Shown piece after piece: positions 18,476 through 26,606 of a stretch of 64,000 nt of DNA; position 1 is the first letter of the stretch, and each line of letters begins with the position of its first letter. The stretch covers positions 10,570 to 74,569 of the forward strand of contig DASSPX010000031.1 in NCBI GenBank assembly GCA_035699445.1. Direction: 5' to 3'. The position numbers and the translations under genes were made by a program. The DNA is from Candidatus Limnocylindrales bacterium (GTDB lineage: Bacteria > Chloroflexota > Limnocylindria > Limnocylindrales > CSP1-4). The notes under the pieces are model-generated. The model had not been told where the DNA came from, ran no database searches, and worked only from the letters and a program-made list of their open reading frames with translations.

Positions 18476-19970
18476 GATCGAGCAGGCACGCGACGAGATC
18501 GCCCGCCTCCGGCTGCGCACGCAACCGTTCATCGCCGGCGAGTTCCGCGACGTGATCGGCGGCGCCCGGTACGTCACGGAGAACCCCGCCACCGGACAGC
18601 CGATCACCGAGGTCGCGCAGGGCGGCCCGGCGGACGTCGATCTCGCGGTCGCGGCCGCGCGTGAAGCCGCCGACGACGGGCGCTGGTCGCGGATGAGCCC
18701 GGGCGGCCGGAAGCGGATCCTCCTGCGCTGGGCCGATCTCATCGACGCCCACGCCCGCGAGCTGGGGCTGATCGAGACGATCGACGCCGGCAAGCCCATC
18801 TCGGACACGATCGAGCTGGACATGCCCGAGACGGCGGCCTGCATCCGCTGGCACGCCGAGGCGACCGACAAGCTGTACGGGCAGGTCGCGCCGTCACCGG
18901 AGGGCACGGTGGCGACGATCACCCGGGAGCCGATGGGGGTCGTCGGCGCCGTCATTCCCTGGAACTACCCGGCCCAGATGGCGGCCTGGAAGCTGGGGCC
19001 GGCACTCGCCACCGGCAACACCGTGGTCATCAAGCCCGCCTCGATGACCTCGCTCAGCCTGCTCCGGATCGCCGAGCTCGGCGCCCAGGCCGGGCTCCCG
19101 GCGGGGGTGCTCAACGTCGTGACCGGGCCGGGCGACACCGTGGGCGAGGCGATCGGCCGTCACCCCGACATCGACTGCGTCGCGTTCACGGGCTCGACGG
19201 AGGTGGGCCGGCGGTTCCTGACCTACTCGGCCGAGTCGAACCTCAAGCGCGTCAAGCTCGAGCTCGGCGGCAAGAGCCCCCAGATCGTGTTCGGCGACGT
19301 GGACGACCTGGCCCACGTCGCGTCGAACGTCGCGGTCGCGATCTTCTGGAACATGGGCGAGAACTGCTCGGCCGGCTCGCGCCTGATCGTCCACCGCTCT
19401 CGCAAGGACGCGCTGCTCGAGGCGATCGAGGCGGAGCTCGCGGCCTGGCCGGTGGGCGATCCGCTCGATCCCGCGACGAAGATCGGCGCGCTCATCTCGC
19501 GCGGCCACCTCGAGCGGGTGCTCGGGTACGTGGATGTCGCCCGCGCCGAGGGCGCGCGCGTCGTGAGCGGCGGGCGGCGGATCCTCGAGGACACGGGCGG
19601 GTACTTCGTGCCGCCGACCGTGCTCGACGGCGTCCGGAACGACATGCGGGTCGCGCGCGAGGAGATCTTCGGACCGGTGCTGTCGGTGATCGAGTTCGAC
19701 ACCGAGGCCGAGGCGGTCGCGATCGCGAACGACACGCCGTACGGGCTGGCCGCGTCGCTGTACACGAACGACCTCAACGTGGCCCACCGGGTCGCGCGCG
19801 ACCTGCGCGCCGGCGTCGTGGGCGTGAATGCCTATTCCGAGGGCGACATGACGACGCCGTTCGGCGGCTACAAGCAGTCGGGCTTCGGCGGCCACGACAA
19901 GTCGATCCACGCGCACGACCAGTACACCGAGCTGAAGACGACCTGGATCAACGTCCGCCCGCGTACCTGA
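18453..19970 (+). CDS. NAD(P)-dependent aldehyde dehydrogenase
   Basis: 'ELGGKSP' and catalytic-Cys region 'NMGENCSAGSR'. The ATG at 18453 overlaps the regulator's 3' end by 23 nt. Confidence 0.9.
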   Translation: MTDTVVREIEQARDEIARLRLRTQPFIAGEFRDVIGGARYVTENPATGQPITEVAQGGPADVDLAVAAAREAADDGRWSRMSPGGRKRILLRWADLIDAHARELGLIETIDAGKPISDTIELDMPETAACIRWHAEATDKLYGQVAPSPEGTVATITREPMGVVGAVIPWNYPAQMAAWKLGPALATGNTVVIKPASMTSLSLLRIAELGAQAGLPAGVLNVVTGPGDTVGEAIGRHPDIDCVAFTGSTEVGRRFLTYSAESNLKRVKLELGGKSPQIVFGDVDDLAHVASNVAVAIFWNMGENCSAGSRLIVHRSRKDALLEAIEAELAAWPVGDPLDPATKIGALISRGHLERVLGYVDVARAEGARVVSGGRRILEDTGGYFVPPTVLDGVRNDMRVAREEIFGPVLSVIEFDTEAEAVAIANDTPYGLAASLYTNDLNVAHRVARDLRAGVVGVNAYSEGDMTTPFGGYKQSGFGGHDKSIHAHDQYTELKTTWINVRPRT

Positions 19971-20090
19971 CGCCGCCGGTGGCGATGCCCGTGGAGCTGG
20001 ATCCGCGGGGCGCAATGGCCGTGGAGCTGGATCCGCGGGCCGCGATGCCCGCGTTCCTGACGCCGCCGGTGGCGATGCCCGTGGAGCATC
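19952..20090. repeat. nested tandem repeat (30-bp phase, 90-bp super-period) overlapping the aldehyde dehydrogenase stop codon
   Basis: The 40-mer CCCGCGT[A/T]CCTGACGCCGCCGGTGGCGATGCCCGTGGAGC occurs at 19958-19997 and 20048-20087 (39/40). GTGGAGCTGGATCCGCGGG occurs at 19991 and 20021. GCRATGSCCG is phased at 19982/20012/20042/20072. Confidence 0.85.
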
Positions 20091-20310
20091 GACTCGCCGG
20101 ACTGCGTGCTCGGATCGACGCGCAACCCGTCGCCCTGCGCGGCGACCCATGCGTGCTCTCGACGCTACCGATGCCCCGGGAGCATCAGGCGTGCGGGGGC
20201 GCCAGGCGGAAGAGCCCCCGACGGCCCTGCGGGCCCAGCCCGTGACGCGACCTGCCGCCACGTTCCGCGGGCTCGCCCTCGTGGCCCGCACGCTCGACGC
20301 CCGACCCGGG

Positions 20311-20997
20311 ATGACCGTCCGCCGCGCCCGCCGCTCGATGTCCGGCGACGAGCTCGATGAGATGCTCCACTCGATCGAGCGCATGGCCCGCGCGATCGAC
20401 GCCTGGTCGGAAGGCAACGCAGCGTTCGTGGACCTCGAGACGCGCGTCCTCGACGAGCCCGTCCGACGGCTCTCGATGACCAGCCCGGGCCGGTTCTGGG
20501 TGTCGCCGGAGGACGTGGCCGAGGTCCTCCTCCCGCTCGCGCCGCCCGGGCGCTGGGACTCGGTGTTCCTCGTCTACCCGACCGACGGCTCGTTCGGGCA
20601 GTGCGGCTGGGCCTGTTCGGTCGGCCCGACGCCCGCCGCCGGCGGTGCGGGGTTCAGCTCGATCACCTCCGACCGCTGGGAGCCCGATCGGCACCGCCTC
20701 CATCCCGAGGAGGGCTTCGTCCACGAGTGGCTTCACCAGCTCGAGGGGATGTACCGGGCGGGCGCCGGGCTCACGATCGAGGAGCTGCCGGACCTCCACG
20801 ACGTGGCGGATCGCGGATCGTCGCGTGGCCCGGAGCTGCCCCCGTACGGACGCGGCTACGTGGAGCACGAGCGGCAGACCGGGACGTGGCAGCCGTGGTA
20901 CCGCGACCTGATGACCGGGACGGTCGGTCCGAAGGGCGACGAGCGACCGCCCGTCGGGCTCACCCGGGAGCGATGGGCTGCCCGCCGCCTTCGGTAG
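20311..20997 (+). CDS. hypothetical protein with an HEXXH motif ('FVHEWLHQLEG')
   Basis: ORF 20149..20997. The start is uncertain (ATG at 20311 or 20338). I recognise no family. Confidence 0.5.
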   Translation: MTVRRARRSMSGDELDEMLHSIERMARAIDAWSEGNAAFVDLETRVLDEPVRRLSMTSPGRFWVSPEDVAEVLLPLAPPGRWDSVFLVYPTDGSFGQCGWACSVGPTPAAGGAGFSSITSDRWEPDRHRLHPEEGFVHEWLHQLEGMYRAGAGLTIEELPDLHDVADRGSSRGPELPPYGRGYVEHERQTGTWQPWYRDLMTGTVGPKGDERPPVGLTRERWAARRLR

Positions 20998-21084
20998 TCC
21001 CGTTCTGCACCCGAACCGCACCGTTCCCGTGCTACAAACAAGGCCGGCAGCGCGTGCGCGGGACCGCGTGGCCGCAGAGGGAAC

Positions 21085-22071
21085 ATGGACGCGAACGGCC
21101 ATCGCCAACGGACGGTCGCTGCCCTGATCGGCGAGGGTGTCCTTACCTTCGACTTCGCGTGCGCGTGTGAAGTCTTCGGGTACGACCGCTCCGACATCGT
21201 TCGGCCCTGGTACCGCTTCCTGGTCGTCTCGCAGGACCCGCCGCCGATTCGCTCGTCGACCGGGTTCCTGCTCTCGCCCGAGCTTGGCCTCGACGCGCTC
21301 GAGGATGCGGACACGATCGTCATCCCGGGCTGGGCCGACGACCTCCGGCCGCCGCGTCCCGAGACGATTGCCGCCCTCCGACGCGCCTACGACCGAGGTG
21401 CGCGGCTGATGTCGATCTGCATCGGCTCGTTCGTGCTGGCTGCGACCGGTCTGCTCGACGGTCGGCGCGCGACGACGCATTGGCGGTTCGCCGAGCAGCT
21501 GAAGACGAGGTTTCCGGCGATCGACGTCGACCCGGACGTCCTGTACATCGACGAGGGACAAATCCTCACCTCCGCGGGGACGGCGGCAGGGATCGACCTG
21601 GGCCTGCACGTCGTGCGCCTGGACTACGGCGCGTCGATCGCGAACCAGGTGGCGCGGCGGATCGTGATGCCGCCCCATCGCGACGGCGGACAGGCGCAGT
21701 ACATCGAGGCGCCGGTCGCGGTCGTCAAGGACGGCGACCCGATCCGCGGCACGCTCCGGTGGATCCTCGAGCACCTGGGCGACGAGATGAGCGTCGACGA
21801 CCTCGCCACACGCGCCGCGATGAGCCCGCGGTCCTTCGCCCGCCACTTCAAGGCGACGACGGGAAGCACGCCGCACGACTGGATCCTTCGCCAGCGCCTG
21901 CAGCTCGCGCAGCGGCTGCTCGAGACAACTGACCTGCCGCTCGAGCACATCGCCGACCGCGCGGGGTTCGGGGCGGCGGTGACGATGCGTCACCACTTCG
22001 CGCAGCGTCTCCGAACTTCGCCGCAGGCATACCGGCGGACGTTCCGCTCGTCCGCGCCGCCACCCGCCTGA
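21085..22071 (+). CDS. GlxA-type transcriptional regulator (DJ-1/PfpI domain + AraC HTH)
   Basis: N-terminal amidotransferase-like domain ('SICIGSFVLAATGLLDGRRATTHW') and C-terminal AraC HTH ('MSPRSFARHFKATTGSTPHDWILRQRL'). Confidence 0.85.
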   Translation: MDANGHRQRTVAALIGEGVLTFDFACACEVFGYDRSDIVRPWYRFLVVSQDPPPIRSSTGFLLSPELGLDALEDADTIVIPGWADDLRPPRPETIAALRRAYDRGARLMSICIGSFVLAATGLLDGRRATTHWRFAEQLKTRFPAIDVDPDVLYIDEGQILTSAGTAAGIDLGLHVVRLDYGASIANQVARRIVMPPHRDGGQAQYIEAPVAVVKDGDPIRGTLRWILEHLGDEMSVDDLATRAAMSPRSFARHFKATTGSTPHDWILRQRLQLAQRLLETTDLPLEHIADRAGFGAAVTMRHHFAQRLRTSPQAYRRTFRSSAPPPA

Positions 22072-22095
22072 CCCGGGTTCGCGGTTCGGCAGCGC

Positions 22096-23106
22096 TCAGG
22101 CCGTTGCCGCGAGCGCTCCGGGCGCCGATTTCACGGTCGCGTCGATCGCCTCGACCACGAGCTCGGGCGCCTCGTGGGCGATGTCGTGCCCGACACCGTC
22201 CGCGACGATCCGGCGGCCACGGCTGGACGAACCGGCGAGCTCGACCTGGAGCTCCTGCCAGACGCGCTCCACCTCGGCGGCAACGTCCGCGCCGAGCTGC
22301 GGCGGGGTGCCCTCGGCCCGTCCGTGACTCACGACCAGGAGCGGCAGGTCGCCGAGCGTGAGGTCCATCGCGCGCACCACGGCGTTGCCCGCCTCGAGCC
22401 CCGTCATCTCGGCGGCCATCGTCCGGACGACCGACGCGCGCGACGCGACCTGCGCCCGCATCACCGATGTGACCCGCGCCGGCAGGGCGGGCGACGACAC
22501 GGGGATGAGCGCCGGCCGGAGCGCGAGCAGGCCCGTCCGTGCGAGCAGGCCGATCACGCCGAACATGAACGGCATCATTCGGGTCATCCGCTCGGTGAAC
22601 GCGCGCACCGGCGAGGGGACGCGCTCGAACTGCGCCTCGTGGGCCGGATCGAGCAGGACGAGTCCGGCGACGCGCTCCGGATGTGCGTGTGCGAAGAGAC
22701 GGACGATCGTGGCGCCGAAGGAATGGCCGACGAGGATGACCGGACCGTCGACCCTTGCAGCGTCCAGCAGTGCGGCGAGCTCCCCGGCCATCACCGGTGC
22801 GGTGCGCGGCCGCGGGCTCGGGTCGCTCCAGCCGAGGCCGGCGCGGTCGTACGTGACGACACGGGCACGCTCGGCCAGCCTGCCGACGAGGGGAGCCCAG
22901 TAGGCGCCCGACGCCCACGTCCCGCCCTCGAGCACGATCGTCGGCGAGGGCCCCGTCCCGGCCACCTCGACGTGGAGGCGGTAGCCCCCGATGTCGATCA
23001 GCCGACCGGGCGCTGGGAACCGGCGCCGTAGACGTCTTCGAGCCAGCTGCCCGGCAACGAGCAGCACGCCGAGCAGGCAACCTGCCAGGACCGGGATCTC
23101 CACCAT
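22096..23106 (-). CDS. alpha/beta-fold hydrolase with an N-terminal membrane anchor
   Basis: Nucleophile elbow 'GHSFG'. ATG at 23106 is preceded by AAGGAGG. The longest ORF starts at 23166. Confidence 0.8.
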   Translation of the reverse strand: MVEIPVLAGCLLGVLLVAGQLARRRLRRRFPAPGRLIDIGGYRLHVEVAGTGPSPTIVLEGGTWASGAYWAPLVGRLAERARVVTYDRAGLGWSDPSPRPRTAPVMAGELAALLDAARVDGPVILVGHSFGATIVRLFAHAHPERVAGLVLLDPAHEAQFERVPSPVRAFTERMTRMMPFMFGVIGLLARTGLLALRPALIPVSSPALPARVTSVMRAQVASRASVVRTMAAEMTGLEAGNAVVRAMDLTLGDLPLLVVSHGRAEGTPPQLGADVAAEVERVWQELQVELAGSSSRGRRIVADGVGHDIAHEAPELVVEAIDATVKSAPGALAATA

Positions 23107-23246
23107 CGCTTGCGCCTCCTTGATCGATCCGAGGTCCACAGCGTCAGCCCCGGCCGCATGTGCCACCAGACCCTCGCGCGCCGCGCATCGCTAAGAACCC
23201 GCCAATCGCATGGCGCGCTGCCGGTCAGCACCCGCCCGAACTGACG

Positions 23247-23930
23247 TCAGGAGGCCGCGGGTCCGGCAGTCTCGTCGAGCTCGGCGAACGCCCGGACCGG
23301 AAACGACGCGACCCCGCGAATCGGTGCGGGCACGGCCGTGAACCGGAAACCCCGTGCCGGCAACGCATCGAGGTGGGTCAGGTGCTCGACGATGAGGATC
23401 CCGGCCTCGAGCAGCCGGGTGTGGGCCGGCCGGGCAAGGTCGGCGACATCATCGACGTTCCAGCCGTCAAACCCGACGAGCGCGACACGACGGTCGATCA
23501 GCTGATCAACGAGCGCTGCGGACAGGTACGGGCCGGGCGCCCAGTAGCCGGCGGTTCCGCGTCGCCGCGACCAGCCCGTGTGCACGAGGACCGCGGAGCC
23601 CTCGAGCTGCTCGGGAAGGCCGCCCGCAGCGACCGCCCGCTCGTCCGGCTCGAATCGCGCGTCGAAGCGGATGGCAGCCAGGCCGGCGATGCGTTCGAGG
23701 GGCAGCCCGGCGATGTCGTCCCTGCCTGCGAACCGGTGGAACGGACTGTCGAGGTAGGTTCCCGAGTTCCCGACGAGGAACACTCGCGAGATCTCGAACT
23801 CCGCGAGGCCACCGTACCGGTCGCGCGACGCCGCACGGGTGATGTATGGCTCGATCCGCGGTGCCGGCAGGCCGGGGAACGGATCCGTCCCGTCGACCAC
23901 CGGGTGACTGAGATCGACGAACCGCGTCAT
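23247..23930 (-). CDS. cyclase/kynurenine-formamidase-like protein with a degenerate metal motif
   Basis: Starts 'MTRFVDLSHPV'. It has '..NSGTYLDSPFH' where the family has HxGTHxDxPxH. ATGA overlap with the upstream gene. Confidence 0.55.
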   Translation of the reverse strand: MTRFVDLSHPVVDGTDPFPGLPAPRIEPYITRAASRDRYGGLAEFEISRVFLVGNSGTYLDSPFHRFAGRDDIAGLPLERIAGLAAIRFDARFEPDERAVAAGGLPEQLEGSAVLVHTGWSRRRGTAGYWAPGPYLSAALVDQLIDRRVALVGFDGWNVDDVADLARPAHTRLLEAGILIVEHLTHLDALPARGFRFTAVPAPIRGVASFPVRAFAELDETAGPAAS

Positions 23931-24736
23931 GAGCCAGCCTCCGGCCCAGCCACGCCGAGCGCCATCACATGCATGGCCGGCACGATCCACACCTGCGAGC
24001 CGGCACCGTCGCGGGAGACGTAGACGGACTCGCCGTCCCGAAACACGAGGTACAGGCCCCGGTAGTGGTAGGCCCCGCCCTCCTCGCGCCCGCCGCCCAG
24101 GCCCGCGATCGGCGTCCGCGCACTCAGGACGAGCTGGGTCCGGAACGCCGGGTCATCCCGGATCACGCGCCCCGATTCGGTGCCGGTCTGGAAGGCCGCG
24201 ACGAGCGCGACCATTGCGAACCAGACGAGCGTGCCGCGCTCGGTCAGCCGCCCGGCACGGTGGAGCACGTACAGGACCAGCCCACCGCCCACCGTGATCG
24301 CGGGTCCGGTGAACCCCGCGAGCACCGACTGCATGCCGAGCAGGCCGAGGACCGCCACCGCGGCGACGATCGCGAGCCGGCCCGCGATCCTGCGCTGTTC
24401 GACGATGCCGTCGAGCGACGCCATCCCGAACAGAGTGACCCCGAGCATGACGCACTGGTAGAGCACGGTCTCCGACCGGAGCGCCGCGGTCAGAGGGTCG
24501 AGCCGGACCAGCGGGCCAGGGACGTTCCACGCGGAGAGGTACGCCGCGGTGGACAGGATCCCGGCGACCGCCAGCACCGCGGACGCTGCGGCCGTCAGAC
24601 CCGCGTACCGGCTCAGCTCGTCGACCGGAAGGCGAAGGGCCAGGGAGCGGGTGGCAAGCTGGGAGCCTGCCGTTCCCGCCTCGATCCCGGCCGGGCCCGA
24701 GGCGGCCGCCGGGCCCGCCTTGATCATCACAGTCAT
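23927..24736 (-). CDS. hypothetical integral membrane protein
   Basis: 269-aa ORF with ~5 hydrophobic segments and a soluble C-terminal region. Translationally coupled to the cyclase-like gene. Confidence 0.55.
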   Translation of the reverse strand: MTVMIKAGPAAASGPAGIEAGTAGSQLATRSLALRLPVDELSRYAGLTAAASAVLAVAGILSTAAYLSAWNVPGPLVRLDPLTAALRSETVLYQCVMLGVTLFGMASLDGIVEQRRIAGRLAIVAAVAVLGLLGMQSVLAGFTGPAITVGGGLVLYVLHRAGRLTERGTLVWFAMVALVAAFQTGTESGRVIRDDPAFRTQLVLSARTPIAGLGGGREEGGAYHYRGLYLVFRDGESVYVSRDGAGSQVWIVPAMHVMALGVAGPEAGS

Positions 24737-24772
24737 CGTTGGTACCTCAGCAACCGCGTCAGGACGCCGGAG

Positions 24773-24799
24773 CGCCCCGCCGGAACGACCGGCGGGGCG
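24773..24799 (-). terminator. GC-rich hairpin downstream of the lipoprotein gene
   Basis: CGCCCCGCCGG-aacga-CCGGCGGGGCG (11-bp perfect stem), 15 nt after the stop at 24814. Confidence 0.55.
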
Positions 24800-24813
24800 T
24801 TCCTCTCCTGTGG

Positions 24814-25233
24814 TCAGCTCGTGTGCAACCCCCCGACGCGCGGGTCGCCCGCGTTGAACGCGAAGCCGAGCTTGCCCTCGCCCTTCTCGAACGCGATCGT
24901 GAACGTCCAGCGGTACGTGCCGGGCGAGTACGACCCGTAATCAGCGCCCTTGATCTCGACGTACCGGCCGAGCCCCTCGAGGACGGACGCCCGGAAGGCC
25001 TGGAAGTCGGCCTCCTTGATCGCGGCTTTCATCGCGTCGTTCCAGTCACGGCTCCATGCGGCGTAGTCACCGCGGTTGAGCGCGTCGAGGGCGTTCGTCG
25101 CGATCTCGGTCGCTCGCGCCTCGTCCACGTCGGCTTGCACCATCGGCGCCGGCACCGAGCCCGACGAGCACGCGGCCACCGTGAGGGCCGCCACCAGCAG
25201 CCCGGCCATCACCAGGAATCGAGACCGCTTCAT
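24814..25233 (-). CDS. small lipoprotein of unknown function
   Basis: Signal peptide with lipobox 'LTVAAC'. 139 aa. Confidence 0.7.
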   Translation of the reverse strand: MKRSRFLVMAGLLVAALTVAACSSGSVPAPMVQADVDEARATEIATNALDALNRGDYAAWSRDWNDAMKAAIKEADFQAFRASVLEGLGRYVEIKGADYGSYSPGTYRWTFTIAFEKGEGKLGFAFNAGDPRVGGLHTS

Positions 25234-25359
25234 TCGTCCGTCGCTCCCTTCCGTCTGTCGTCACCGTGTTCCGGTGATCGATACGGTCGGGCAGCGACAC
25301 TCAGCCCGCGAGCGGCACGGCGGTCAGGAATCGCTCAGTTCGTGCCAGCTCCCGGCTGC

Positions 25360-26457
25360 TCAGCTCGCGGTCGTGTTCTCCGTGGGGCCGGTGAGCGCCC
25401 GCTGGTAGACGGCGTTCGTCGCCGAGTCGAACTTCGGGCCGTACATCGCGTTGCCGCCGTTGTAGCGATAGGAGTTGACTGAGCTGAGCGCGCCGCCGCT
25501 GCCCGCGAGCTCATCGAGGCCCTCGAGCCACGGCCCGCCCGACGACCCGCCGGTCATGTCGCACACGAGGCCCCAGGTAAGGTTCTGTGCCCAGGCGTCC
25601 TCCGTGACGGGGCCGGCGCACCACGTCAGGTCGTCGCCCAGATACGGTTGGCCCGCGGGATATCCGAACGACTCGGCACGCGCGCCGCGGACGAGCCCGT
25701 CGATCGACACCGGGTACGCGCCACCCACGGTCGTGTCGAGCTGCGAGACGCCGCTCTTGCCGCCGCCACGGACGACCGCAAACGCGTAGTCGTAGGGCAG
25801 CGTGAGGCCGCTGAAGCCGCCACCTGCGGTCCACTCGCCGTGGACGACGAGCGCGTCCGCGGTCCAGCAACCGTACAGCGTCGCGCTGCAGGTGTACGTG
25901 GGGTTCGAATCGAACGCGGGGATGAACAGCCAGTTCGAGGCGAACCCGCCCTTGGCACCGTCGTACGCGCAGTGCGCAGCCGTGAGAACGACCGAGAACG
26001 ACCCTGACGCGTCCTGCGCGACCGAGCCGGAGCAGATGTAGTTGCCCGTCGACAGGGAGAACCACACCCTCCCCGTGAGCCCGACGACCGGGCCGCCTCG
26101 CGTCCAGGACGCTCCGGTGACGTTCGCAACGGGCGCCGCGGGCGTCGGCGTGGGGGTGGGCGTGGGCGTCGGCGTGGGGGTGGGCGCGGGCGTCGGCTTG
26201 GGCTTGCCCCGGCCCTCCGGCTTGGCCGCCGGCTCGATCCGGCCATCGGGCTGCCGCACGAGATCGCGCGGGATCGCGGCGCGCATCCGCTCCGGCGTCC
26301 AATAGGCAAGGATCCGGGCGTGCTCGGCGGCCGGCGTGCCCGCGGCCACCTCGAGACCGGGCGGCACATCGTTGCCGGCGAGCGCGGGCGCGGCCCCGGC
26401 GCCGATGACGGCGGCGGTGACGAGCGCGATGAAAGCGGCGTGAGCGTGACGGTGCAT
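25360..26457 (-). CDS. secreted trypsin-like (S1) serine peptidase with an N-terminal pro-region and (Thr-Pro)n linker
   Basis: 'LTAAHC' (His) and 'GGSSGGP' (Ser) motifs. The signal peptide is encoded from the ATG at 26457. The longest ORF starts at 26544. Confidence 0.8.
   Translation of the reverse strand: MHRHAHAAFIALVTAAVIGAGAAPALAGNDVPPGLEVAAGTPAAEHARILAYWTPERMRAAIPRDLVRQPDGRIEPAAKPEGRGKPKPTPAPTPTPTPTPTPTPTPAAPVANVTGASWTRGGPVVGLTGRVWFSLSTGNYICSGSVAQDASGSFSVVLTAAHCAYDGAKGGFASNWLFIPAFDSNPTYTCSATLYGCWTADALVVHGEWTAGGGFSGLTLPYDYAFAVVRGGGKSGVSQLDTTVGGAYPVSIDGLVRGARAESFGYPAGQPYLGDDLTWCAGPVTEDAWAQNLTWGLVCDMTGGSSGGPWLEGLDELAGSGGALSSVNSYRYNGGNAMYGPKFDSATNAVYQRALTGPTENTTAS
26141..26196. repeat. 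24-bp tandem duplication encoding the (Thr-Pro)n linker of the protease
   Basis: GGCGTCGGCGTGGGGGTGGGCGTG at 26141-26164 and GGCGTCGGCGTGGGGGTGGGCGCG at 26165-26188 (23/24), then a partial third unit. Confidence 0.8.
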
Positions 26458-26606
26458 GAAGCAGATCCCCTCGACGACGGTCGTCCCGGCGACCGAGCCC
26501 GCGCACACTGCAGGACCCTCGTACTGGTCGTCAATGCGGCACACGCCGTACTGAAGGACCAGTGGTGCGCCGCGGCACGCATGGCTCGGCCCCTACGATG
26601 CCGCCC

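Noticed and set aside
19952-20090. Possible CRISPR array (30-bp periodic repeats)
   Set aside because: The units are contiguous, with no unique spacers, and alternate between two variants. There are only ~4.5 units and no cas genes, so this is a tandem duplication, not CRISPR.
19979-20245. 88-aa ORF encoding decapeptide repeats as a real repeat-peptide gene
   Set aside because: There is no convincing ribosome-binding site. The repeat structure is explained at the DNA level by duplication of the aldehyde dehydrogenase 3' end. It is kept only as a note inside the tandem-repeat finding.
25902-25911. GGTTCGAATC, resembling a tRNA T-loop
   Set aside because: It lies inside the S1 protease coding frame. 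The flanks cannot form a T-stem, acceptor stem or anticodon arm.
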